This document shows positions 1-12,752 of a stretch of 64,000 nucleotides of DNA, piece by piece. The position numbers were made by a program, and so were the translations under genes. Within the stretch, counting starts at the first letter, position 1; the number at the start of each line of letters is the position of its first letter. The notes beneath the pieces were generated by a model. That model was not told where the DNA came from and searched no databases. It saw only the letters and a list, made by a program, of their open reading frames with translations. Location of the stretch: the NCBI GenBank assembly GCA_002189035.1, contig NEEC01000014.1:248001-312000 (forward strand), read 5' to 3'. This DNA is from Utricularia gibba. Lineage: Eukaryota; Plantae; Magnoliophyta.

Positions 1-1465
1 AGACATGACATATGAGGAGAGCATATGATAGACTAATTCAACCTTCAACATTCTCTTGGTTAAACCATGAAAACTATAAAGTATAGAAAAATAGAGATAT
101 TTAGGAGAAATGAAAAAGAAAAAAGATATATTGTTTTGGAGAGAATTCGAAAACAAGAGACCATATATCCAAGAGGAGGGTGGTGAAATGGATCAATAAA
201 GAGGAGCCACCTCAACCGAGACAAAGACCCAAGAAATTATTCTCAAGCGCTATTGCTCCTAATTGGAAGCAATATTGTGGAATCATAACTCGATTTATTA
301 TCATTTGTAGGATTGAACATTTTACTTCGAGCTTGTCGTTTTAATGTTATGACTATAGCTATGAACATGATTTTACCTTTGTTTTATGAGGTTTTGATTT
401 ATTTTGGTATGGGTAGATAGATATTATGTGGTGTGCTTTAGGGAAGAATAGGAAGAGATGTAATATCAGCCTAAGGTTTGAAAACTTGTGAATGTTTATG
501 TGAATTTTTCTAACAAATTGGAATAGATGTAGGAAAAAAGAAAAAAGAAAACTCAATCATAGAGGTAGACAAAAAAAGTGAGATATATTTTCATAAGTAT
601 ATGAATTAATAGAATTCACAGGTAGAAATTAATAGAATTAGTTAGATTTTGTCTTATTTAGCTTAAGAAATGGTGAATCTAAGTATAAGGTGATATTAGA
701 AAACTCGTAAAAATTAAAAAAAATAACCATAAAAATTGGTTCATGTAGAACTAGACCGTCTGAAGTTAGTTAATATTTTTGAATCCTAAAATTCAATATC
801 AAGTGAGGACATTCCCCAGAAATCATTGAGATACTTACGTTTTAATTTTTTAAATTAAGGTCTAATGTTTTATATTACTTTATTTAATTTATATTTTATT
901 GTTTACTTACATTTAATTTTATTTACAACTTAAAATATAATTAACCTGTGTTTTTTTGCCTATTTTCACATCACAATTATTATTTCTTTGAGTTCAACTC
1001 CAAAACCCACTATTCATCTTGTATCTAATTTATATTTAATGAGGATAACAGTTTTATGAATTTCATTGAATACAAAAATTTCTAATTTACTCGACGATGT
1101 GAAATTATCGTTTATCAAATATTTGTATCATTATTATTTATTTGCTATGTTGATAACCCACGCTGCACATGAATGAATTCGTGGTTACATGAATACTTGG
1201 TATTATTATTTTTTGTTTGTATAGGAAATTGCTTTTTTTTTTTAGTTTTTTTTATTTGTGGTGCACTCACTCTGAAAAGATTCCCTACGTGAGCATACGG
1301 TCAAATGAAATAATAACATTCATTTCCTCTAATTCATTATATATAGCGTAGGTTCAATTCTTGCTTATGTCTCGTACAACTCGTTATGCGATATCCATCT
1401 CCATTGACATTTTCCTACGTGCGAGTGAAGGTAATCTGAAGGCTTTACTTATTCCCGTTCAGACC

Positions 1466-2408
1466 ATGGAACGCCAAACACCATTCAAGATGTTACTGAC
1501 GCAATCTATCCGGAATGGGTTGAAACTCGTTTTCTTTTTTCTACTACTTTTGGGATGATCCTCGCATTTCTTTACAAAGGTATGCCCATCTTGAGTATAA
1601 CCCTAACCAAGGCAGTTATCAATTCCAGCATCAAACCAACCTCCCTCCAAGTGGATTCGACCGACGTTCTTGCTATAGCAGGTATGATTTCCTCTTAACG
1701 CAAAGATTAAAGAACGGAAAACCTTCTTTATATCTTCTCTCCAAGTTACGGAGCTATGAGGCTCGGCACAAGAGATGTGCTCCGTGTACATTTCTATATA
1801 ACATGACAATTCATGCCCTCAAATTCAACATGTCTACTGCACTCTTCGAATGCAAGTACGTTATATGGCTCCCTTCGGATGGATTAGGAAATAGAATCCT
1901 CAGTCTTGCTTCCACATTTTTGTATTCTCTTCTCACTGATAGGGTTATCCTCGTTGATCTCTTTTGTGAACCCTTTTCCTGAGAGTTTTTGGTTGCTTCC
2001 TTTGGACTTCCCGTTGGCTCATAAATTGGATGGTTTTAACAAAGAATCTGAGGAATCCTTCGGGAAACTATTGGGAAACAACTTGTTGGGTAATTCAGGT
2101 ATCTCAACCCCTCCACAACTCTACGCATACATCCACCTATACATAAACTTTGGAGAAGTCGATAAACGTTTCTTTTGTGATGAAGATCAATCATATGTAA
2201 CGGAGGTACCCTGGTTGATGATCCTGTTGTATCTATATTTCGTCCCCCTCTTTCTTCTCGATGACATGTTTTGAGCAGGAACTAGATAATCTATTTCCTG
2301 ACAAGGAGAGTGTGTTTCATTTCTTGGCCCAGTATCTGTTCCATCCAACCAATTCCGTTTGGGGCTCGTGAGCAGCTTCTACAAAACTTATCTATAGGGA
2401 TTTGATGT
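1466..2408 (+). pseudogene. GT37 fucosyltransferase-family pseudogene, 5' ~60%, frameshifted and truncated
   Basis: Starts MERQTPFKMLLTQS like 60844-62442; contains DGLGNRILSLAS and FCDEDQSYVT; has stops and frameshifts; homology ends after GFDV at 2408. Confidence 0.93.
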
Positions 2409-4925
2409 GTGCTCCTGATCACCAAGAAATTCATGCCAATTCTTCCTGATTCGTATCCCCTTTACCATCGCATTTGTGCTCGTATATGTGTGGAGATGAT
2501 CGGTATCCATCTCTTAATCAGAACCTGATATTGTTGCATAGTAATTGCAAATACGCCTTGCCCACCGCACACCCTATCACCGTCGTCGACATAACCAGCT
2601 GCATCCCAGAGCATGTACTCGCGCACAGTGAATTGGGACTTTAAAACTCGGATAGCAACAATATTGGTTCCGATTAAGAGATGCGACACCGATCTTCAGC
2701 AGCACCGCTGCCAGCATGAGCCCGACAGTAAAGGTGACGCGGAACAGGGAGAATTGTTGTGAATTGATGACGCTTAGTGTTTTTAGCTTATAAAAACAAT
2801 GTGTTTTAATGTAACTTTTCAATCTTTTAGTAATTTTACTAATATTAATATTTTTATGCCCAGAAGTTGATTAAATAATTGATTTAATAGTTTCCTAGTT
2901 GTTAATAACAATTTTTTCCCAAGTCTTAATAGCAGCATTTCCAAAATCACCAAGTAAATTCTTACAAGCACTATGGCATGTAGCAAGTTGGAAGAGATTA
3001 GACTAAAGTGACAAATTCTTCAACCCTGGATATTTTCATTAGCATCCGTAAACTGACTTCCTTTCAAATTTTTAAGTCATAAAAAAACTGTCAAATTACT
3101 TACACTGATGATCCACAGTTGGAAGGTTTAACTGTGATTGAACCATTGATTTTTTTTAATTTTTTTCTTATGAAAAAATATGACATTTTGATTAAATCGT
3201 AATTGAACCATGATTGAATCATGATTTTTTTATATATTTTAAAATGGTTCAGATTTAATTCAATTGTTTTGATTAATGATTCCCTATTCACTTTCTTCAT
3301 ACGTGAGTTTGGTTTTATTAAGTTTATCATTTTTCATGGAATACAACCCATAAAGCCATTTCAAAGCTCTTCGGCAAAATGAAAGGGATTTGACTTGGTT
3401 CTTTGTTGCTTTTGCACAAGTCATGTATAATTCTTGATCGGAGTCATCATTTTCCCTTCTAGCAAACTTAGAAAACATTTAAAATAGATACGAATATAAC
3501 TTATAGTTTACTTCTCTATCAAAGATGATTTCTTCCTTGATTGTATGTAATAACCGATGCTATCATCTAGTAACTACCACATAGTATCTAAAACCAAACT
3601 ACAAAATAACATATAGATCACCCCTGTAAGTATCCATCCAAAAGCCTTCACCAATCGTTGCCTCATCTATTTTGAATTTATATTTCAACTGAGTGCCCGT
3701 ACACCAAAATTAGTATGGCATGCTATTTTAATCAAGTATGACTTCAGACAAGCTTCCAGGAGGTAGGCTCTAAAGCTCTAATCCACTCCCAATATAAATA
3801 GTATGTTGCAATTTACTGCACTTAAAATGGGCCCAATGCATTTTCCTATTTACTAATGCTTTTGTGTTAAACTTTTCTTTTACAATGAGTTGCATCAAGT
3901 TCAACCGATTGTAAAATAAATACTACAAAAGATTACAATAATTGTCTAATTTAATATTTTTGAATTTTTCATAAAAATTGTTGAGTCAAATCCAAAAAAG
4001 TCATGAGTTTAGATTGAGTCAGATTCAATTCCGAATTCATCCCCAAATTTTAAAACACTGGCACAAGTCATTTAGATCGCCCACCCCTCGCATCCGTGCA
4101 ATTCAGTTCATATATGAGTGTTTCTTTAACCCAAAAAAAAAAAAAGGACTTTCTGCATTTATGCATGTCATCCTTACACTTGGGCCATGCTGATCTGTTG
4201 TATGTTGTTCCAATTTTATCGGGTGTCCACGTAGAGACATGCGTTTCTTCTTCTTCTTCTTCTTCCGTTTATCAGCAAAAAGAAATCACTTTTTTTTATT
4301 GTGATGACAAAACGCTTAATATAACAAGTCAGCCCACATCGCCGTTTCTTCTTTAATATAAATCGTACCTCCATAAACCAGATCTTCTGAAGGAAAAACA
4401 CGAATTCATAGTTATAAAAAACCATTGTTTTTTGTTTGGTTGATTCAGCTTCGTTATGCAATAAAAGGGCTTTGTAAGAACACTAATCCTTACGAAACTC
4501 CAGTATGTTCTGAACTTAAAAATAGGGGCTTATTATTCTATGCATAGCGTCTTAATAGCTTCACTTTTTACTTCAATAACCCTAAAGATGGCAATATCCC
4601 AAGAGGTGGAGATTTGGCGTTCGGGGGTGGTTGCACGATGCCGCATTTCTGGTTATCTGTACGTGCAAAGTTTCCCAAACGAAACATGTAGAATAAGAAC
4701 AGCAGTGTAATTTTTGTATAGACCTCATTCATTCATCTCTTACATAAACGGAGGAAAAGACACTCATATGCAGTCCAAGGGGTAGTTGCATGAGCACAAA
4801 TGGGTTAAGTGACAGCACCTTATTACACTTGAGGACTGTTTATTGTCGATTACATGACATAGGAAAAGATACGGGAGCAAGTGCCGGGGAATTCGTAGAA
4901 GACAAACGCCCACATGTCGTCTTTG

Positions 4926-5462
4926 TTATATGAATTCCCATTTGGGTACACTCGCACTGATAATAGTACCAGCCACTGGTGGTGGAGGGTTGGCAAATAA
5001 TTTTGCATTTAGAAACAGAACCCCATTAGTCAGGTTTGAACAGGCAGCTGCTTGAAGTTGAATGGACAGACGACAAGGTAGCCAAGGAAACAGGAAAACA
5101 ACATTAGAGAAAGAATTTGCGGCCAATGTGAAGGCAACGGTTCCTGTGGTACCCGTTGAAGTTGTGGCCACCACAACCTCCCGTTGCGGCAGTGGCGGTG
5201 GCTGTGGTGGTGGCAGTGGCGGTAGCACTGGCGGTGGCAGTGGGACTGCAAGACAAAGAAGCCTTACAGGTTGGTTGAGAAGAGGAGGGATTGTAGTACC
5301 AGGATTACAGTTCCCGTCACTGGTACAACACACGTTGCTGGTTAGGTTCAATCCGAACATTCCCGGAAAGAGGTTGGCGGATGCCGGCACCATGGCCGTG
5401 ACAAACAGAATGACCATCCCGAGGGATAATGGAATGGACAGAACAAGGTTTGTATGAGCCAT
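4926..5462 (-). CDS. Secreted phylloplanin/Pollen Ole e 1-like protein with internal Pro-rich tract (178 aa)
   Basis: Hydrophobic signal peptide; NLTSNVCCTSDGNC..PVRLLC..VVATTSTGTTGTVAFTL..CRLSIQLQAAACSNL follows the phylloplanin-type Cys spacing; TATA box 56 bp upstream of the ATG. Confidence 0.75.
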   Translation of the reverse strand: MAHTNLVLSIPLSLGMVILFVTAMVPASANLFPGMFGLNLTSNVCCTSDGNCNPGTTIPPLLNQPVRLLCLAVPLPPPVLPPLPPPQPPPLPQREVVVATTSTGTTGTVAFTLAANSFSNVVFLFPWLPCRLSIQLQAAACSNLTNGVLFLNAKLFANPPPPVAGTIISASVPKWEFI

Positions 5463-7448
5463 CTCTTTTCCACGTTAGGCAGTGAATGACGGAGGGTAAG
5501 AAATAACCACTATTTATAAGCGGCTTCGAACTTGTTCGCACAGGAGACTTTTCCAAAGGCAATTAAATCCCTAGACAAATAGAGCAATTAACCGGTCGAT
5601 TGTATTACATACCTGTTCATTTATTGTTCAAATCCATAACCGGGGCGAGTTTGATTAGAGATTAATTATTAGCACATGGTCAGTGCCCACTCGCCAATTC
5701 AAGTCAAATCCCGCGTGGAGGCATCCTTTTCCTCCAATTACACCATCTCTTCGTACCAACTCTTAATAAAGTGTCAAAGAATCGTCAGTAAGAAAAGTGA
5801 AACAAGTGCCAATGATTATGTATCTTGAATATGTGTGTTTTGGTGCACATGAAAAAGCAACTGCTCTTCTCTCTGTGGAAGTGCTCTCTCGGCATTCAAC
5901 TCTGGGATACGTAGGCATACGCTAATTTTGCGGCCAAGCCACTCTAAGAAATAGTATTTTGTACTCTGCAGTAGTTACTCTCAATACAAAACATAAAATA
6001 ATGCTGTGAGGGCCGTAGATTAACGGCTCTTTTGCATTGATTCTGATGCTTCACATTTTCAAAAGATGGCTTTTATGATCCAAGGGTTTTGAGACGAACC
6101 AACAGCTTATTTTTGCCAAGAAAAAAAAAGTTTCATTGCGAAGTTCGCGTGCGAGTGTTCCAGAAGCATGACGCAGGTACAGCAGATGAGAAATGGGGTC
6201 TTGAATTACTGCAACTGTAAACGAGAACAACTGACGAGGTTTAATTGGGGAGCTACGACTAAAACCCTAAACCCTAAAATGAGTGAGGGCAATAACGAGG
6301 TTTAATTACATGCCTAGCTACGCAAAATACACTCAAAGCCCTAAAACATAGATTGCGCAATTACGCGATAAAACCTTCTGAATTTAATTAATTCCCGTGC
6401 ATTCATTCACATTTCAGAATTATACTTTTAGGGGCCCCTCTGAATCCGGAAAGACATCATTATGTCTACTTTCATAGACCCTGAAATCTAAATGTCTCAC
6501 CTACGCGCCATGACTCAACGTTAGTGGATGAGAGATTTAGAAAAAAAAGAACTTGGTATGTTATTTAAAGAAGGATTAACTTTCATGTGTTTTATAGAAA
6601 ATTTTACGATTGAATTAACTGAATTTTTATAGGATATTGATTATAGACAATATTATATAAAATATTATCAAAATACTGATAATTCAAAATCTAATTAAAA
6701 AAGGTATTTTTTTTCATCGTAACCTTAAATTAGAGTGATTTTTGATAAAAGGTTTAAGATGATGAATTTATTCACAAAAGAAGAGAGAATAGCAAATATA
6801 TGTGTAAAAAAAAATTTTTTGACGTAAGAGGGATAATAGTATTTTTTTGAATTATGAGATTGGTTAAATCCATCTAAATATTGATAAGAAAATTAAATCC
6901 ATCCAAATAATGGGTTTGTGTATCACTATTACTTAAGATTTAAATAATAAAATTTTGAAGATATCTATTAGATATTAATTACAACAAAACTTATGAATAA
7001 CTTGTATTATTTAAGATAAAATCAACATTTCATATATTACTGATCCTTATGGGTGGTTTGTTTCGTAGATAAGGTTGTGTAGATATAGCTTATTCGAGTA
7101 TATGCAATTGTATTTTGTGTGTTTAAAGAGTGATTCATATTTGAATTTTTATGGAAGATATTATTTGATAACCTATTATAAATTGTCATAGATTTTGTGA
7201 AAAAGGTTTAAGATACGAAAACATAAATTGAAACTCAAGTGACGTCACTTAATTAAGGGAATTAGTTATTGAGATTTTGTTTCCTACTTTGTATCTCATT
7301 GTATTGATTTTTACTGTTTTTTCCAAATAATCGGTTATAGAAATAAGTAAAAATCTATACTCACTTACATTCTATTATAAGTAGACATAAAAATAGCCTC
7401 ATGTTATTTTTATTAGAAGTTAGAGCAACGAGGTATACACTAATAGGT

Positions 7449-8118
7449 GGATCCCTCTATCGGAAATCCTTTGATGGACCCCTACTGAGATGTATCGGAA
7501 AAGAACAATTTCAAGACTTTATAACTGATTTGCACGAAGGAGAGTATGACTGTCATGTTGGAATGTGATCTTTGTACAGAAAAGCATTGAGAAGTAGGTA
7601 TTACTGACCAACTATGAAAAAAGACATCATGGAGGTAGTAAAAAAATGCAAGGTGTGCCAGTACCATGCGAGTATACCTAGAAAACCAATAAACAATCTC
7701 ACCGTTCTTCTGCTCTCATGCCCATTTGACCGTTGGGAGTAGACATCATGAGGCCTTTTCCCCAAACCTCTGGTCAAAGTAAATTTGTTATCATAGGAAT
7801 TGAATATTTTTCCAAATGAGTGGAAGCAGAAGCTGTGACAAAAATATCAGAGGAAACCGTTATCTGATTTTTATGGAGAAATATTTTCATTTGATTCGGA
7901 ATATCCTGGGAGCTGATAACCGATAATGGGACCTAATTCGCTGGGGGAAGATGGATACATGTTTGGATAGATATTTAATCAAGCACAACTTCACCTCAAT
8001 ATATCACCCAGAGCAATGGTCTTATGGAGGTTACAATCTGAATTCTCAAATAAGGTATCAGAACCAAACTTGAGGATTTCGGAGGATCACGGGCAGACCA
8101 GTTGGACGAGGTGCTATG
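7449..8118 (+). mobile_element. Decayed Ty3/Gypsy integrase fragment in the IR spacer
   Basis: Translates as GSLYRKSFDGPLLRC..GYY*PTMKKDIMEVVKKCKVCQYH (Zn finger)..VDIMRPFPQTSGQSKFVIIGIEYFSK*VEAEA..ELITDNGT*F, with stops and frameshifts. Confidence 0.88.
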
Positions 8119-9642
8119 AATGTGTTAAGTTGATATATGGGAGATGAGTTGGGTAGAAAGTCTAGTGAACTGAACATTTCCACTATTCGGTTTAAGTATT
8201 TGATTCTGGATGAATACATCATCAATCAGGCTCAAGATGGCCGAATACCCCGGGGTATAGGAGAGAGACCCCTTCCTCACTTAAGTCTCCCAATCCCCAT
8301 AGCATACTTGGAAAGCAGTCTTCGCTTTCTACTCCACCCCCTCATTGTTCAATTTCTACATATATTTGCTATTCTCTCTTCTTTTGTGAATAAATTCATC
8401 ATCTTAAACCTTTTATCAAAAATCACTCTAATTTAAGGTTACGATGAAAAAAAATACCTTTTTTAATTAGATTTTGAATTATCAGTATTTTGATAATATT
8501 TTATATAATATTGTCTATAATCAATATCCTATAAAAATTCAGTTAATTCAATCGTAAAATTTTCTATAAAACACATGAAAGTTAATCCTTCTTTAAATAA
8601 CATACCAAGTTCTTTTTTTTCTAAATCTCTCATCCACTAACGTTGAGTCATGGCGCGTAGGTGAGACATTTAGATTTCAGGGTCTATGAAAGTAGACATA
8701 ATGATGTCTTTCCGGATTCAGAGGGGCCCCTAAAAGTATAATTCTGAAATGTGAATGAATGCACGGGAATTAATTAAATTCAGAAGGTTTTATCGCGTAA
8801 TTGCGCAATCTATGTTTTAGGGCTTTGAGTGTATTTTGCGTAGCTAGGCATGTAATTAAACCTCGTTATTGCCCTCACTCATTTTAGGGTTTAGGGTTTT
8901 AGTCGTAGCTCCCCAATTAAACCTCGTCAGTTGTTCTCGTTTACAGTTGCAGTAATTCAAGACCCCATTTCTCATCTGCTGTACCTGCGTCATGCTTCTG
9001 GAACACTCGCACGCGAACTTCGCAATGAAACTTTTTTTTTCTTGGCAAAAATAAGCTGTTGGTTCGTCTCAAAACCCTTGGATCATAAAAGCCATCTTTT
9101 GAAAATGTGAAGCATCAGAATCAATGCAAAAGAGCCGTTAATCTACGGCCCTCACAGCATTATTTTATGTTTTGTATTGAGAGTAACTACTGCAGAGTAC
9201 AAAATACTATTTCTTAGAGTGGCTTGGCCGCAAAATTAGCGTATGCCTACGTATCCCAGAGTTGAATGCCGAGAGAGCACTTCCACAGAGAGAAGAGCAG
9301 TTGCTTTTTCATGTGCACCAAAACACACATATTCAAGATACATAATCATTGGCACTTGTTTCACTTTTCTTACTGACGATTCTTTGACACTTTATTAAGA
9401 GTTGGTACGAAGAGATGGTGTAATTGGAGGAAAAGGATGCCTCCACGCGGGATTTGACTTGAATTGGCGAGTGGGCACTGACCATGTGCTAATAATTAAT
9501 CTCTAATCAAACTCGCCCCGGTTATGGATTTGAACAATAAATGAACAGGTATGTAATACAATCGACCGGTTAATTGCTCTATTTGTCTAGGGATTTAATT
9601 GCCTTTGGAAAAGTCTCCTGTGCGAACAAGTTCGAAGCCGCT

Positions 9643-9650
9643 TATAAATA
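9643..9650 (+). promoter_or_regulatory. TATA box of phylloplanin-like gene (mirror at 5511-5518, minus)
   Basis: TATAAATA in a plausible position upstream of ATG 9699. Confidence 0.65.
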
Positions 9651-9698
9651 GTGGTTATTTCTTACCCTCCGTCATTCACTGCCTAACGTGGAAAAGAG

Positions 9699-10235
9699 AT
9701 GGCTCATACAAACCTTGTTCTGTCCATTCCATTATCCCTCGGGATGGTCATTCTGTTTGTCACGGCCATGGTGCCGGCATCCGCCAACCTCTTTCCGGGA
9801 ATGTTCGGATTGAACCTAACCAGCAACGTGTGTTGTACCAGTGACGGGAACTGTAATCCTGGTACTACAATCCCTCCTCTTCTCAACCAACCTGTAAGGC
9901 TTCTTTGTCTTGCAGTCCCACTGCCACCGCCAGTGCTACCGCCACTGCCACCACCACAGCCACCGCCACTGCCGCAACGGGAGGTTGTGGTGGCCACAAC
10001 TTCAACGGGTACCACAGGAACCGTTGCCTTCACATTGGCCGCAAATTCTTTCTCTAATGTTGTTTTCCTGTTTCCTTGGCTACCTTGTCGTCTGTCCATT
10101 CAACTTCAAGCAGCTGCCTGTTCAAACCTGACTAATGGGGTTCTGTTTCTAAATGCAAAATTATTTGCCAACCCTCCACCACCAGTGGCTGGTACTATTA
10201 TCAGTGCGAGTGTACCCAAATGGGAATTCATATAA
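9699..10235 (+). CDS. Secreted phylloplanin/Pollen Ole e 1-like protein (identical mirror copy)
   Basis: Identical 178-aa ORF; TATAAATA at 9643-9650. Confidence 0.75.
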   Translation: MAHTNLVLSIPLSLGMVILFVTAMVPASANLFPGMFGLNLTSNVCCTSDGNCNPGTTIPPLLNQPVRLLCLAVPLPPPVLPPLPPPQPPPLPQREVVVATTSTGTTGTVAFTLAANSFSNVVFLFPWLPCRLSIQLQAAACSNLTNGVLFLNAKLFANPPPPVAGTIISASVPKWEFI

Positions 10236-12752
10236 CAAAGACGACATGTGGGCGTTTGTCTTCTACGAATTCCCCGGCACTTGCTCCCGTATCTTTTCCT
10301 ATGTCATGTAATCGACAATAAACAGTCCTCAAGTGTAATAAGGTGCTGTCACTTAACCCATTTGTGCTCATGCAACTACCCCTTGGACTGCATATGAGTG
10401 TCTTTTCCTCCGTTTATGTAAGAGATGAATGAATGAGGTCTATACAAAAATTACACTGCTGTTCTTATTCTACATGTTTCGTTTGGGAAACTTTGCACGT
10501 ACAGATAACCAGAAATGCGGCATCGTGCAACCACCCCCGAACGCCAAATCTCCACCTCTTGGGATATTGCCATCTTTAGGGTTATTGAAGTAAAAAGTGA
10601 AGCTATTAAGACGCTATGCATAGAATAATAAGCCCCTATTTTTAAGTTCAGAACATACTGGAGTTTCGTAAGGATTAGTGTTCTTACAAAGCCCTTTTAT
10701 TGCATAACGAAGCTGAATCAACCAAACAAAAAACAATGGTTTTTTATAACTATGAATTCGTGTTTTTCCTTCAGAAGATCTGGTTTATGGAGGTACGATT
10801 TATATTAAAGAAGAAACGGCGATGTGGGCTGACTTGTTATATTAAGCGTTTTGTCATCACAATAAAAAAAAGTGATTTCTTTTTGCTGATAAACGGAAGA
10901 AGAAGAAGAAGAAGAAACGCATGTCTCTACGTGGACACCCGATAAAATTGGAACAACATACAACAGATCAGCATGGCCCAAGTGTAAGGATGACATGCAT
11001 AAATGCAGAAAGTCCTTTTTTTTTTTTTGGGTTAAAGAAACACTCATATATGAACTGAATTGCACGGATGCGAGGGGTGGGCGATCTAAATGACTTGTGC
11101 CAGTGTTTTAAAATTTGGGGATGAATTCGGAATTGAATCTGACTCAATCTAAACTCATGACTTTTTTGGATTTGACTCAACAATTTTTATGAAAAATTCA
11201 AAAATATTAAATTAGACAATTATTGTAATCTTTTGTAGTATTTATTTTACAATCGGTTGAACTTGATGCAACTCATTGTAAAAGAAAAGTTTAACACAAA
11301 AGCATTAGTAAATAGGAAAATGCATTGGGCCCATTTTAAGTGCAGTAAATTGCAACATACTATTTATATTGGGAGTGGATTAGAGCTTTAGAGCCTACCT
11401 CCTGGAAGCTTGTCTGAAGTCATACTTGATTAAAATAGCATGCCATACTAATTTTGGTGTACGGGCACTCAGTTGAAATATAAATTCAAAATAGATGAGG
11501 CAACGATTGGTGAAGGCTTTTGGATGGATACTTACAGGGGTGATCTATATGTTATTTTGTAGTTTGGTTTTAGATACTATGTGGTAGTTACTAGATGATA
11601 GCATCGGTTATTACATACAATCAAGGAAGAAATCATCTTTGATAGAGAAGTAAACTATAAGTTATATTCGTATCTATTTTAAATGTTTTCTAAGTTTGCT
11701 AGAAGGGAAAATGATGACTCCGATCAAGAATTATACATGACTTGTGCAAAAGCAACAAAGAACCAAGTCAAATCCCTTTCATTTTGCCGAAGAGCTTTGA
11801 AATGGCTTTATGGGTTGTATTCCATGAAAAATGATAAACTTAATAAAACCAAACTCACGTATGAAGAAAGTGAATAGGGAATCATTAATCAAAACAATTG
11901 AATTAAATCTGAACCATTTTAAAATATATAAAAAAATCATGATTCAATCATGGTTCAATTACGATTTAATCAAAATGTCATATTTTTTCATAAGAAAAAA
12001 ATTAAAAAAAATCAATGGTTCAATCACAGTTAAACCTTCCAACTGTGGATCATCAGTGTAAGTAATTTGACAGTTTTTTTATGACTTAAAAATTTGAAAG
12101 GAAGTCAGTTTACGGATGCTAATGAAAATATCCAGGGTTGAAGAATTTGTCACTTTAGTCTAATCTCTTCCAACTTGCTACATGCCATAGTGCTTGTAAG
12201 AATTTACTTGGTGATTTTGGAAATGCTGCTATTAAGACTTGGGAAAAAATTGTTATTAACAACTAGGAAACTATTAAATCAATTATTTAATCAACTTCTG
12301 GGCATAAAAATATTAATATTAGTAAAATTACTAAAAGATTGAAAAGTTACATTAAAACACATTGTTTTTATAAGCTAAAAACACTAAGCGTCATCAATTC
12401 ACAACAATTCTCCCTGTTCCGCGTCACCTTTACTGTCGGGCTCATGCTGGCAGCGGTGCTGCTGAAGATCGGTGTCGCATCTCTTAATCGGAACCAATAT
12501 TGTTGCTATCCGAGTTTTAAAGTCCCAATTCACTGTGCGCGAGTACATGCTCTGGGATGCAGCTGGTTATGTCGACGACGGTGATAGGGTGTGCGGTGGG
12601 CAAGGCGTATTTGCAATTACTATGCAACAATATCAGGTTCTGATTAAGAGATGGATACCGATCATCTCCACACATATACGAGCACAAATGCGATGGTAAA
12701 GGGGATACGAATCAGGAAGAATTGGCATGAATTTCTTGGTGATCAGGAGCAC

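Larger units (their letters stand above)
1..6803. repeat. Left arm of giant inverted repeat (may extend left of window)
   Basis: Reverse complement of 8358-15159. Mirrored ORF pairs sum to 15160 (359+14801, 1603+13557) or 15161 (2462+12699, 4926+10235). Match breaks at 6803/8358 (gcaaatatatgt|g vs t|acatatatttgc). Confidence 0.98.

Noticed and set aside
3050-4120. Possible Pack-MULE with captured exon-like pieces (ORFs 3100-3478)
   Set aside because: No TIR pair or TSD confirmed and peptides not recognisable.
5030-5562. Gly-rich and His-rich ORFs (5062-5457, 5030-5251, 5317-5562 and mirrors)
   Set aside because: Antisense or alternative frames of the Pro-rich phylloplanin-like gene.
6261-6278. 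Two AAACCCT telomere-type units near the IR centre
   Set aside because: Only two units (ordinary telo-box) and ~500 bp from the junction; not evidence of telomere healing.
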